In this document: one piece after another, positions 23,945 through 34,345 of the stretch | Layout of the letters: each line of letters starts with the position of its first letter | Numbering within the stretch: the stretch's first letter is position 1 | NCBI GenBank assembly: GCA_025594325.1 | Contig: JANHCV010000015.1 | Span: forward strand, 496,001 to 560,000 | Source of the DNA: Blastocladiella emersonii ATCC 22665 | Lineage: Eukaryota; Fungi; Blastocladiomycota | Reading direction: 5' to 3' | DNA: 64,000 nt | Notes under the pieces: generated by a model | What the model was told of the DNA's origin: nothing | The model's input: only the letters and a program-made list of their open reading frames with translations | The model's database searches: none | Position numbers and translations under genes: made by a program

Positions 23945-23950
23945 TATAAA
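23945..23950 (+). promoter_or_regulatory. TATA box of MTFG copy 2
   Basis: GAGAGTATAAA, same context as copy 1; ~104 bp upstream of ATG 24049. Confidence 0.75.
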
Positions 23951-24048
23951 GGCTGACCGTGTCCCTGCGCTCCGTCGACTTGACCAGCATCCCACAGTTC
24001 TCCAAGCGACTTCTCCCACTCCCTCCATCTACTAGACGCATCAACAAC

Positions 24049-24540
24049 ATGACTTTCGGCGCCAACTGCAACTCGGGCTACTACAACGGCGGCAACTACA
24101 ACGGCAGCCACTACAACAACGGCGGCCACTACAACAACGGGCACAACAGCAACTGGAGCTCCAAGTGGCGTTCCGAGTGGCACTCGGAGTGGTCGTCCGA
24201 GTGGAGCAGCAACTGGAGCTCCAACTGGGGCGGCAACGGCGGCTACGGGAACTGGGGCTATGGCCACGGCGGCCGCTGCCAGCGCGACGACGACGGCTCG
24301 TACCTGCAGTCGGCCGACAACGCCGGCGACGCGTTCCGGTCGGCCGGCGACGCGTTCCAGGCCTCTTCGGCCCAGCATCAGCAGCACGCCGAGTCGTTCA
24401 CGGCCGCCAGCGCCTCGCACAACAGCGTCGACGAGTTCTCGGCAGCGTCGACCGTCGACCACTCGTCTGCCTCGCACGCCGCGGACGCGCACGCCCAGGC
24501 CGAGGCCGCCGCGTCCGTGACCACGTCAACGGTCGCGTGA
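24049..24540 (+). CDS. MTFG family copy 2 (163 aa)
   Basis: Same architecture as 1402..2028. Confidence 0.85.
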   Translation: MTFGANCNSGYYNGGNYNGSHYNNGGHYNNGHNSNWSSKWRSEWHSEWSSEWSSNWSSNWGGNGGYGNWGYGHGGRCQRDDDGSYLQSADNAGDAFRSAGDAFQASSAQHQQHAESFTAASASHNSVDEFSAASTVDHSSASHAADAHAQAEAAASVTTSTVA

Positions 24541-24793
24541 GGTGGTCGGACCGTGGAGCTGGCCACTTCAAACCATTTTTGTCTCGTAGAATAATCCAAT
24601 AGTTTGTTTCAAAGTATTTGACGCGTTCGTTGAGGGTCAGAGAGTGAAAAGGGCTTAACGGTGGGTGCAGGGTATCGCGATGCCGCCGATGAAGTCAGCT
24701 GATGCTTCGTTTCGCAACCCGAGAGTTGAAGTCGTCAAAAGCGTTCAGCTCGCCCTCTCGCTCCCGCCCTACACCTCACTCCATGCAAAACAA

Positions 24794-27700
24794 ATGAAGA
24801 AAAAGTCCAAGACTAAGGGCAAAGCGTCCCGAGGCAGCGGTACTTTCTCGCCGTCGCCTTCGTCAGCGGCTTCGATTGAGCCGACCATGCCGGGTCCTGT
24901 GCTGCTTGGCGACGATGCATCGGATCCTTATTACCCTTACGGACAGTCCTACCTGCGCGACTTGCTCTTGTACCACAACCCGCGACTCGCAAAGCAGTTT
25001 GACGTTCTCGCTCTTCAGCACGCCAACCTACGCGACGTGGCGCACACGATCGGCGAGGCCAAGCGCAAGTACGGCACGGCCGACCTCAACTTTGTGCTTA
25101 CTAACACGCACCCCGAGGCCCTTGCGCGCGACTTGCTGGTGCTCCATGCGATCTCGACTGCCGAGTTTGCCAATGACCGTGTTCCTGCGCGCTTCATCAG
25201 TCAGCTGTACTTTTCACTTCTTCTCGACCCGGAAGCCCGCGCCTTTTGGGACGCCCAGATGCGCTCGTGCCTCTTGGTGAACTGGAATCGCCCGGCAGAC
25301 CGGATCCGCGTCTTTGACGACGACACCCTTCGTGCGGTACGCCGCTGCTGGGAGTCGTAGCTCGCTGCCGACTGGTCGCCCGAGCAGCTCTTTGCCTGCC
25401 GTGATAAATACTACGAAGGCGCCCGTGATCCGTCTGAAGCTCGCAGCCACGCACCCTCCTTGATGGCGGAAAAAAGCGCTGAATATGAATCGACCCATCC
25501 CAACGCCGTTGTCAACCGGACCATGCTTCGCGTCGCTCTTGACGGTTCACTCCGCTTCTCAATGCCACCCGGACACACACCGTTGCTTACTGTCCACGTC
25601 GCCGAAAAGAACCTGTTTATTGGAACGACGACGCGAGCTGGTGCTGCCCTTCTTGATGCACTTGCACCCGTTTTTGGCCCAGGGTCCGAGACTCGACGCG
25701 CAGGTTCGTATCCACTTGTCACGGAATGGGACAAGACGCCCACTCCGCCGCTCTTCCAGTGCCACATTGCATTCTGCGTCGGCCACCCGCTTGCGGCCAT
25801 GGAGTCGCTGGTCATGCGTGAACAGCGGTTCAACGCGATCCACACGGGCTCAGCGATGGACACTTGCGGCCTGCTCAATCTTCTCGTTCACGCGTCGCCG
25901 CTTCTCGCCGTCTCTTCGGGCGTCTTCCGTTCGCATGTCTACACCTCGACCAATTATCGTTCAGCCGTCTCCTGCTCTCACAGCGAATTCGTTTCCCTTG
26001 CCACTGGCCTTCCGCTCGAGGCTTTCCCGACGCTCTTGGGACTCAGTTTCCATGAACGCGCAATTTATGAAGACTGGACTTCTCACGTCTCGCGCTTCGC
26101 TTGGAGCAAGAGCCATGTCGAGCAGTCCAATGGCCGGAGCAGCGAGCGGTTCACCTTTGTCAAGCTTGACTTTCCAACCGTCCCGATTGCGCTGAAAGAG
26201 TCGCCGTTCCTTCTCGAAGCTCTCATCAATTGCGCCGAGCGTTCTTGCCATTTCCCAGCTGCGGTGTCCAGCCGAAGCCTTGGTATGCCTCGCTCATACA
26301 CTCCGCAATCGGTTGGCTATTGGTTGCTCACCATCGCCGAATACCATTTGTAGCTTCCTCTTGCGCGGCCGGCGCGCTTATCCCAAAGCTTCTTGGGTTT
26401 GCATTCGCCGCTGGGCGCCTTACGTAAAGCAGTCCTGCGGCCCAGTGCTTACCTCGGCCCAAGATGCCAGAGCTCTGGTCCACGTTTGCCAAAAACCCGC
26501 AACTCACAGCCGGAGCTGAGGAGGTGCTCGCTCAGGCCCAGCTCTACGGGTTTCCCATTGACGCAGTCGACACACAGGTCGATGACTTGTACCTCATCGA
26601 GGGCACGCTTGATCGACCCAGCGACGCGACTTTCACGCCATTCTGCGCGTCGCTCGAGATTTGCGACGGGTCGTTTACGCACGTGTTTCGGAGTCTCCAC
26701 CTCTCCCAGCTTCCGACGGGCAACGAAATGTGTGTGGCCGCCTACGTCCCGGCTTACGTCGTTCAGTCGCCGACCGACCTGAAGCCGCGACTCCGTCTTG
26801 ACTGCGTCTTGGCCGGAACCGCGGTTGCAGCAACGACCTGGTTGAGTCTTTCTGCTGTCAAGTCGACCATGGTTCCTTTTGGATCGCTCTCATCCACCTT
26901 TCTTTGCGCAATCGACTTTTCTGCGGCTAATCGATGCGTCATTACGCTTCCCACTGACGTCCTCCAGAATCGCCCGACATTGCCAGTTGTGAGCGCGGTC
27001 GAAGATGCTGGCTTTATTCGCCTCGTTCTTTCGCTTCCAAACAACAAGCTCCGTGCTGAGATCAAGGAGCGGCCGCCTCCGAGAGCCGGAGCCTGGCCTG
27101 GAAATCTTTCTCTCACAATGGGCCGGGCGAATCACGTATCCTATCGCTTTGCCTGCCCTGTCACGCTTGCCGAGCTTACAATCCAGCGCAATCTTCGCCG
27201 CGTCATGGTCACCGTCTCTCGAGTACTTTCGCCCGTCACGGCTACGCTTCCGTTTCTGCAGCTCGTTCCTTGCATGCCCGATTACTCGGACCTTTACTCC
27301 GCTGGTGATGCTAGTATGGCGGAGCATCAAGCTGCGCTTCACGCTCTGGATTTGGCGGCGACCGCGGAGGAGCTTGCGACTGTCAACCACTTGGAGAAAT
27401 TGGCAACGCACAATCCATCTGTCACGGAGCAGGCCCGCTTCCTTCGTGTCACCATCAAAAAGCTCATGGTCGCGTTCAGCGATGGAATCGCCATGGTTGA
27501 CGTCCGTGAAGCTGGGCGCGGCCACTATGCTGTGTTCCTGCTGAACCAGTTGATGGTGGTCCCCGCGCTTGATTCGGACCACATCTCAACACCAGTGCTT
27601 GACGTCAGCGTTCTTCCTCACCCTGACAATGCAGTGCAATGGGGTCGTCTGGCACCCACTGGCAACCGCTCTCTTGTAAACGCGGTTTTGCCTGCGGCCA

Positions 27701-28014
27701 TTCGGAAGCTCAATTTTGCCCCCGAGCAGACGATGGAGCTGGTCATCCCCTCAAACTACATCACCGTCTTTCAGGAGCTTATCGTTGACGGGTTCCTCTT
27801 GGCGCCCACCCGAACTGGCACCAACGATCGGGGTGGTCGTTCTGACCTTTCTGACCAGCTCAGTGAAATCATGCTTCGGACATTTCTCACTGCCTTCTTC
27901 CCAACAAACGGGGCCGAGTACCGCGTCCCAATCCAGAAACTCAATGATGGCAAGAGTGCAGAGGACGTTGACTACGGGATTGTGGATGATCGCACTGTTG
28001 AGCTCGACGACTAG
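24794..28014 (+). pseudogene. DUF4470-like family copy A; two premature stops
   Basis: N-terminus YPYGQSYLRDLL..NLRDVAHT..HPEALARDLLVLHAI resembles DUF4470. TAG 25358-25360 and TAA 26425-26427 both replace Trp seen in copy C; intron 26283-26353. Confidence 0.75.
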
Positions 28015-28149
28015 GATATTTGTTGATTTGTTGTTAATTTGCACAATTTGTATTTGATTCATTTCCAACATTGCTTCGAGCATGGGTGCTGCTGGGAGAG
28101 CAGATGTCTACGAGCCGTGGTCGTGCTTATCAAATAGTGGTGCCATCAC

Positions 28150-28375
28150 TTCAATTCACGCACGTCAAAAACATGGCGTGCTTGCGCTCAAATCCGGCAA
28201 TATCCATTCACGGTCAGCGAGGTGATGCGCAGGTACGCCACAGCCAAGCTTAGCTTCGCGCTCAGCAACCCGCATCGCGAGGTCCTCGCGCGTGACTTCA
28301 TGATTCTCCACGCCGTTTAGAGCGGCGAGCTTGTCAATGACCGCATCCCCGTGCGCTTCAAGCGACCAACAAGTT
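28150..28375 (+). pseudogene. Short decayed fragment of a DUF4470-like N-terminus
   Basis: Translates to ..FTVSEVMRRYATAKLSFALSNPHREVLARDFMILHAV*SGELVNDRIPVRF, matching HTIGEAKRKYGTADLNFVLTNTHPEALARDLLVLHAI of copy A. Confidence 0.7.
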
Positions 28376-28635
28376 TTTGGTCAGCACTCCTTGGCGCTGC
28401 TCCTTGACACAGACGCCCGTTATAGCAATTTTTGATACACTGCCTCGCATCATCCGAGTGTCTATAGCAAGTTTACGATGCTGAGGGCTCGGTGAGCCTG
28501 CCTGAGGTCGCTCGCCCGGCGCGCGCGCGACGCGACATTCACGTGCGCGTGGCGGACACGTGATGCGGTTCGTCACTGCCAATCTTCGCGCTCGCGGTCC
28601 CGCGTCGCGCTCGCTCTCCGAGAACGGCCGTTTCC

Positions 28636-30042
28636 GTGTCAAACCAACGAAGAAAAAAATCGAAGACTAAGGGCAACGTGCCCCGCGGCGCTTCCCAAAC
28701 CCCGGTGTCGCCTTCATTCGCGCCGACCGTGCTGGGGCCTGTGCTTCTCGGTGACAAGACCTCGGACCCGTACTTGCCCTTCGGCCGGTCCTATCCGCGC
28801 GACCTGCTCCTGTACCACAACCCGCGCGTCTTCAAGAAGCTTAACGTCCTTGCAGTCTAGCACTTCAACCTACGCGATGTCGCGCATACCATCGGCGAGG
28901 CCAAGCGCAAGTACGGCACCGCGGAGCTCGACTTGTGCTCGCCAATACACACCCCGAAGTCCTTGCGCGCGACTTGCTGGTGCTCCAGGCGATCTCCACC
29001 GGCGAGCTTGATGGCGAGGTCATCCCCGCCCGCTTTCTCGGTCAGCTCTACTTTTTGACGGTTTTCGAACCCGAGGCTCGCACTTTCTGGGATCAGCAGA
29101 TGCGTTCGTGCCTCACCGTGGACTGGAGCCGTCCGACAGCCCGTGTTCGTGTGCTTGACGGGGAAACGCTCCGCGCGGTGCGTTGCTGCTGGGAATCGTG
29201 GCTTGCAAACGATTGGTTGTTCGAGCAACTTCACTCTAAGCGTGGTGAAATTTACGCGACTGTTCAACACGCTTCTGCTCGTCAGGCTCAGGAGCTTCTC
29301 TTCGCGACTTCAACTACGCGGTTTTTGCAACGCTACCACGATGCCGGATACCCGCGTCGTCCAAAGACTCGTGATCTTTTTTTTGCAACTTCTTGATGAA
29401 ACGGTCTCTGGCATGTACTTGGGCGTCAAGTCCCCGGCCGGGGACGAACCGAACTTTGCCATCAACCCGAGGATGCTCCGCCTCGGTCCCGATGACAAGT
29501 TTCGCTTCTCAAACCAGCCTGATCTCTCGCCCCTGGATGTTCTCCACGCCAATGATACGGAAGCGCAGGCGCTAATTGTTTGGACCAGCACCGCTTTGCT
29601 CGACGCCCTCTTACCCGTGTCTGGTCCTGATTGCGAGGCGCAACGCGACGGCGCTTACCCGCCAGTCACCGACTGGAGCGAGAAACCCACTCCGCCCAAG
29701 TTCCAATGCCGCGTCACGCTTTGCGCGGTCAATCCGCTGACCGTCATGGAGTCGTTCGTTCCCGTTGGATCGCTTGCTTCCGTATTTACAAAATCCGTGG
29801 ACTACTCGGCGGCCACTCGGTCCATGGCGAAGCAGCGCACAATTGTGCCTGTCAAACACGTCGTCGAGGATGTTGATGCGGTCATCCTCCACCTCGACGT
29901 TCCGCTCAGGCAGCGTGCGGAGCTCATCTGCGGCTCCTCGTATGGCGGCGGAAACGGCTGTGTCGTTGAGCTTGCCATTTCCGGCAGAGGTACCCAAATC
30001 TATCAATTCTCGTACCCCATGGAACTCGCAAATGATGGAAAT
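28636..30042 (+). pseudogene. DUF4470-like family copy B, 5' part (interrupted by the PLV)
   Basis: Homologous to copies A and C; stop at 28858-28860, frameshifts near 28935 and 29395, large internal deletion joining VMES to VPVGSLAS. Confidence 0.8.
30038..30042. other. Left target-site duplication GAAAT
   Basis: Identical to 45377-45381; directly abuts the TG terminus. Confidence 0.9.
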
Positions 30043-30068
30043 TGCCGTATCCCTTAAGGGATACGGCA
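30043..30068. repeat. Perfect 26-bp terminal palindrome TGCCGTATCCCTTAAGGGATACGGCA
   Basis: Read directly; identical copy at 45351-45376. Confidence 0.97.
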
Positions 30069-30885
30069 CACGGCTGCCCTTAGGGACTTCGCCTCTGGAC
30101 TCTATCCACCCGGGCTAACCCACGTGATATCTCATTGCTTACCCCGAGTGACTCATAATGAATATAGCGATATCCTTAGGGATTTCGCCACCCGGATCGG
30201 AGGCCGAAGGCCGAAGCAGGTGGGCGGGAGGGTGGGTGGAAGGGAGGGGCGAGCGGTCCAGGAGTGAGTCCCTGACCTGACCCCTGAGCCCGTCCCTGAC
30301 CAACCGCTCGGGCTGACCATTGCTTACCCCGAGCGGTCGGCGGCGGCCGGCGAGCGCAGCGAGACGAAGAGCAGCGCAGCTGCGGCTACCCACTGACAGA
30401 GTTCCCTGGTCTGGTCCCTGAGCACAGCTGCAAGTCGATCTGTGAGCAGTCCCCGAGCCGGCCCACGACTTGGTTGGCGACTTGGTCGCGGCAGTAGGTC
30501 CACAAGAGCCCTCGGATAAATTCCACGGGCGCTCAACGGTCGCTTCAGCGGTTGGGTCAGCGGCCAGCTCCCGGTTGCTCACCCCAATCATGTCCTGATC
30601 CTGTCCTGATCCTGTCCATTAAGTTGCTCGGGGTAAGCCATGGACACCATTGACTTTGATCCTGTCCACTCTATTTGCTCGGGGTGAGCAACGGACACCA
30701 TGGACACCATCTTTTATAAACTTTGAAAAGTCAAAGAAGATGGTGACACAGAAGTCGTCGTTTGTGCGTCATGTCGTAGATCCACCGGACCTTTTCAAAT
30801 GATGGTGTCCATGGTGTCCATCGTGTCCATGGCTTACCCCGAGCGAGTTTCAATGGATGCGATCCTGTCCATCGTGTCCATGGCT
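30043..30885 (+). repeat. Left terminal inverted repeat (~843 bp)
   Basis: Reverse complement of 44535-45376. Differences spotted: substitutions at 30310 and 30772 and a short patch near 30845. The ORF track gives identical 150-aa translations in both TIRs. Confidence 0.95.
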
Positions 30886-31031
30886 TACGGCGAACGGTTC
30901 AATAAAGTGCCCGTTGAGGCGATCCTGTCCGTGGCCACGGCGAACGGTCTCGGTCAGCTCCTTGGCCGTCAGCGACCTGGTCAGCGACTTGGTCAGCGAC
31001 TCGGTTAGCGGACAGTTCAGCAATGGGTCGG

Positions 31032-31392
31032 CGGTCGCTTCAGCAGTCGGGGCAGCGGCCAGATCCCGGTTGCTCACCCCAATCATGTCCAATCATGTCC
31101 TGATCCTGTCCATTAAGTCGCTCGGGGTAAGCCATGGACACCATCGGCTTTGATCCTGTCCACTCTATTTGCTCGGGGTGAGCAACGGACACCATGGACA
31201 CCATCTTTTATAAACTTTGAAAAGGCGAAGAAGATGATGACACAGAAGTCGGCGTTTGTGCGTCACGTCGTAGATCCATTGGACCTTTTCAAATGATGGT
31301 GTCCATGGTGTCCATCGTGTCCATGGCTTACCCCAAGCGCTTTCAATGGATGCGATCCTGTCCATCGTGTCCATGGCTTACGGCGAACGGTT
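31032..31392 (+). repeat. ~360-bp direct-repeat copy of the inner part of the left TIR (30537-30899)
   Basis: Co-linear with scattered substitutions; rich in TGTCCAT/ATGGACA and GCT(T/C)ACCCC motifs. Confidence 0.9.
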
Positions 31393-31441
31393 TGTAAAAC
31401 AAAAGGTACAAAGTATATTCAAAGCATTCAGAGTGATCCTG

Positions 31442-33757
31442 TTACTCCTCGTCGCTGTCAATGTCCATGGGCGAGAGGTAAGTGTACACAGTGTTGCGGC
31501 GACCAGTTGTGCGTCGCGTCGACTTGAAGAGCGGCTTTGAGGTGATAGGGTGAAGTGCCTTGGGGAACTTGGCGCCAAATGCCTTCTGGGACACGGTTGA
31601 GCGGCCAGGGAAGCGCTGCTCGTTGTAAGCGCGGTACATGTCGTAGACCTCCAAGGCCTCGAGCTCCCGCGTGACCTGCACATCCTGGCCACGGTTGGTG
31701 AGACCAACAGGGAAGCCGTCGTACTCAACGACTTCCTTGAGCAGCGCGCTGATTGGATCCATGCTTGCCGCCACCACGTCGTCGCGGTCCTTGTTGCGCG
31801 GGAAGTCGGCCAGATCAATGTGCGAGAGGTCGACGCGGCGCAGGTACGTGAAGATCTCGTTGGCGTGCGCCTTGAAAAACGCCTTGAGCGCCTTGAAGTA
31901 CGGGCGGTTCCGGCGGCGGAGGTTGGACATCTCAAGGACGAACTCGCGACGACCAGTATCAGTGAGCGGGAGCGGGTCGGGGTTGTTGGTTGCAAGGACA
32001 AAGTTGTTGACGTTGATTGAGGGTTTCGCGTCAATGTGCTTCTTGTTGACCATGGTCTTGCTGTCCGTGATCATGTTCTTGAGCTTGTCAAAGGCGCTTG
32101 TTCCACCCTTGCTGGACGGCATCTCGTCGAGCAGCACAAGCATCTTGTTGGCAATCTGGCTGTTGAAGGTGCCCTCAATGAACGTGGGCCTGTTGTTGAT
32201 GGACACGACGTTGCCCTCGCCAAGGATGTTGTCGGCCAGCAGCTCGTAGAACACGCCCTTGCCCGTGCCCTCGAGCCCCGTCAGGACCAGCATCACGCCG
32301 TTGGCCCGCCCCGTGGTGAGCAGCTCCTGGATCCACTTGAGGACGTACTGGTACTCGAGGTCGCGGCCGCTGCAGACCACGTCGCGGAGGTACTCGAGGT
32401 ACATGGCAATGGACTCGGGCGCAACGTCCTCGATGAGCTCCGTGGTCAGGAAGCCCTGGAACGCGTTGAAGTTTTCGACCACAAGGCCGCCCTGGTCCGC
32501 GGGGCCCCACTGCGGCGCGTCAATCTCAAAGATGCGCGCCTTGACCTGCGGCGCGTACTCGAGGACGTTGTAGCTCGACGTCACGAACTGGACGGTGTCC
32601 TTGCCAATGTCCATCTCCCACTTGTCCGTCACGGTGCGGCGAAAGTAGAACTTGCCCGTGGTGAGGTCCTTGCGGATGAACAGGCCCACGTACAGCGTGG
32701 CCGCCACCTCCCACAACTCCTTGCCCTCGTCGTCCTTGATCTTGCCAATGTGGTTGATGACGTCGTTGATCCACGGCTTCTTGTAGTTCGGGTCGCGCTC
32801 AAGCTGCTCGTTGACAAAGGCCTCCGCGTCCTCGCAGAAGAGCGGGAACTTGGCCTCCTTGGTTGGCGGGTTGCCGGCCATGACCTCCTTCTCATCCCAC
32901 TTGACGTCGAAGCCCGTGTGCTCGAGCGTGTTGGCCAACATCGCGGCAAGGAACTCAGCCGTGACGCGGTTGTCCTTCTTGACCATGAACCCATCAAACA
33001 TGAGCACGCTCGGCTCAAGGCCATGGCCGCGCGCAAACTCGATGGCGCGCATCAGGATGATCGACTCGACAGCCTGGAACAGGTTCGAGAGCACCGAGCC
33101 CATGTTGGCCCGCTTGGACGCCTTGACAATGTGGGGGAGGTCGCGGGCGAGCAGCGTGGGCAGCGTCTCGAACAGCGTCTTGTGCAGCGCCTTGAGGTCG
33201 TCGTGGAGGTTCACACGCTTCTCGTAGCTGTTGAAGATGAGCTTGAGGAACTCCCCCTTGGACGCGAGGCCCCACTTGGCCAGCGCGGCCGCGCGGTCGT
33301 CAAGGTACTGGTCAAACGCGCCGTGGTTGAGCCCATAGTGCTTGAGGACGCCGCGGAGGATCGACGGACCAGCGCCAATCATGTCGAGGTCCTGGAGCAC
33401 GCCATGGGCCAGCGGGCTGCGGAAGCGGTCCTTGTTCATGCGCTGCATCGACACAGACGTGGGGTAGAGTCGACCAAAGCGCTTCTCGATCGTGCGCGAC
33501 TTGGTGTTGAACAAGTACGCGGTCTCCTTGCGCCAGACCGAGCCCGACTTCTCAATTCGGCTCTTGTACGCGCGGAGCATCTTCTTCTCCTCGCCAATAA
33601 CGCCCAAGCTGGGCTCAAGGAGCCCATCGAGCATGCCCTTGTTGAAGTACTTGTACACCACGACCTGGCGCGAGTCATCGAACTGGGACTCGGTAGACTT
33701 GAGGGTCTCGGCAATCTTGTTCAGATGATCCATGGTCGTGTTGTTACTGTTGGCCAT
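31442..33757 (-). CDS. TVpol (family A polymerase-like primase-polymerase) fused to SF3/D5-like helicase (~771 aa)
   Basis: N-half GRLY, DLDMIGAGPSIL, FQAVESIIL, LMFDGFMV (TVpol-type motifs); C-half Walker A GLEGTGKG, Walker B VLLDEM, motif C VLATNN and GRRE; start MANSNNTT chosen from upstream motif. Confidence 0.82.
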   Translation of the reverse strand: MANSNNTTMDHLNKIAETLKSTESQFDDSRQVVVYKYFNKGMLDGLLEPSLGVIGEEKKMLRAYKSRIEKSGSVWRKETAYLFNTKSRTIEKRFGRLYPTSVSMQRMNKDRFRSPLAHGVLQDLDMIGAGPSILRGVLKHYGLNHGAFDQYLDDRAAALAKWGLASKGEFLKLIFNSYEKRVNLHDDLKALHKTLFETLPTLLARDLPHIVKASKRANMGSVLSNLFQAVESIILMRAIEFARGHGLEPSVLMFDGFMVKKDNRVTAEFLAAMLANTLEHTGFDVKWDEKEVMAGNPPTKEAKFPLFCEDAEAFVNEQLERDPNYKKPWINDVINHIGKIKDDEGKELWEVAATLYVGLFIRKDLTTGKFYFRRTVTDKWEMDIGKDTVQFVTSSYNVLEYAPQVKARIFEIDAPQWGPADQGGLVVENFNAFQGFLTTELIEDVAPESIAMYLEYLRDVVCSGRDLEYQYVLKWIQELLTTGRANGVMLVLTGLEGTGKGVFYELLADNILGEGNVVSINNRPTFIEGTFNSQIANKMLVLLDEMPSSKGGTSAFDKLKNMITDSKTMVNKKHIDAKPSINVNNFVLATNNPDPLPLTDTGRREFVLEMSNLRRRNRPYFKALKAFFKAHANEIFTYLRRVDLSHIDLADFPRNKDRDDVVAASMDPISALLKEVVEYDGFPVGLTNRGQDVQVTRELEALEVYDMYRAYNEQRFPGRSTVSQKAFGAKFPKALHPITSKPLFKSTRRTTGRRNTVYTYLSPMDIDSDEE

Positions 33758-33896
33758 GGTAAAAGTGAGACAACTTTGATGCGGAAAAACGCAGTTGGGA
33801 GCGGGGGTGGGGCCGTGCTTTTGAAGCGCCACGATTATCGCTATTGCTGCTGGCCGTGTCTGGGTACGTGTGCAGTTAGTCACTGCAAAAAGGTAT

Positions 33897-34263
33897 GGGG
33901 GTCAGGTGGGGGTCAGGTGGGGGTCAGGCGGGGGTCAGGCGGGGGTCAGGTGGGCGGTCAGGCGGGGGTCAGGTGGGCGGTCAGGTGGGCAGTCAGGTCA
34001 AGGGTGCCAGGTCGGGGGGTCAGGTCAAGGGCGCCAGGTCGGGGGGTCAGGTCAAGGGCGCCAGGTCTGAGGTCAGGGTTGGAGGTCAGGGTTGGAGGTC
34101 AGGGTCGGAGGTCAGGGTCGGAGGTCAGGGTCAGAGGTCAGGGTCGGAGGTCAGGGTCGGAGGTCAGGGTTGGAGGTCAGGGTTGGAGGGGGGGGGGTGC
34201 CTTGTTGGCATGGCCCATGACTTGCCACCACCCTGACCCTGACCCTGACCCTGACCCTGACCC
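33897..34263. repeat. GGGTCA/GGTCAGG repeat array followed by inverted (CCCTGA)5
   Basis: Many GG(G)GTCAGG units at 33897-34197 plus (CCCTGA)5CCC at 34231-34263, between divergent TVpol and YR genes. Confidence 0.9.
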
Positions 34264-34321
34264 AGGCCCAGCTACCCAGGAAAAAGAACGCTGCGTTCAA
34301 ACGCACTTGAGCCCATGGAGC

Positions 34322-34345
34322 CTTTTTGTTGACAGTCAGTAAACC
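34322..34345 (+). promoter_or_regulatory. PLV conserved upstream motif before YR (CTTTTTGTTG..TAAACC-ATG)
   Basis: Same pattern precedes most PLV genes; no tandem upstream gene here. Confidence 0.65.

Noticed and set aside
12386-28860. Nonsense changes all of CpA-to-TpA type (12386, 25358, 26425, 28858), suggestive of RIP
   Set aside because: Transition-derived stops arise almost necessarily from CAA/CAG/TGG, so the pattern is an ascertainment artefact; the near-identical viral TIRs show no RIP-like decay
30139-30591. Identical 150-aa and 70-aa ORFs in both TIRs (also 44828-45280)
   Set aside because: Low-complexity, motif-less translations that simply mirror the TIR identity; no upstream viral motif
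30537-31392. Possible CRISPR-like arrays (TIR iterons, 21-bp repeats at 38884-38966, DKRF repeats at 34457-34540)
   Set aside because: No unique spacers of regular length, no cas genes, eukaryotic context
33758-33883. Upstream in-frame extensions of viral ORFs in the track (33883, 38726, 42702)
   Set aside because: Downstream ATGs (33757, 38633, 42846) sit directly after the shared upstream motif; the extensions overlap repeats or other genes
33897-34263. Interstitial chromosome telomere
   Set aside because: Units are heterogeneous (GGTCAGG) rather than canonical TTAGGG arrays and lie inside the virus
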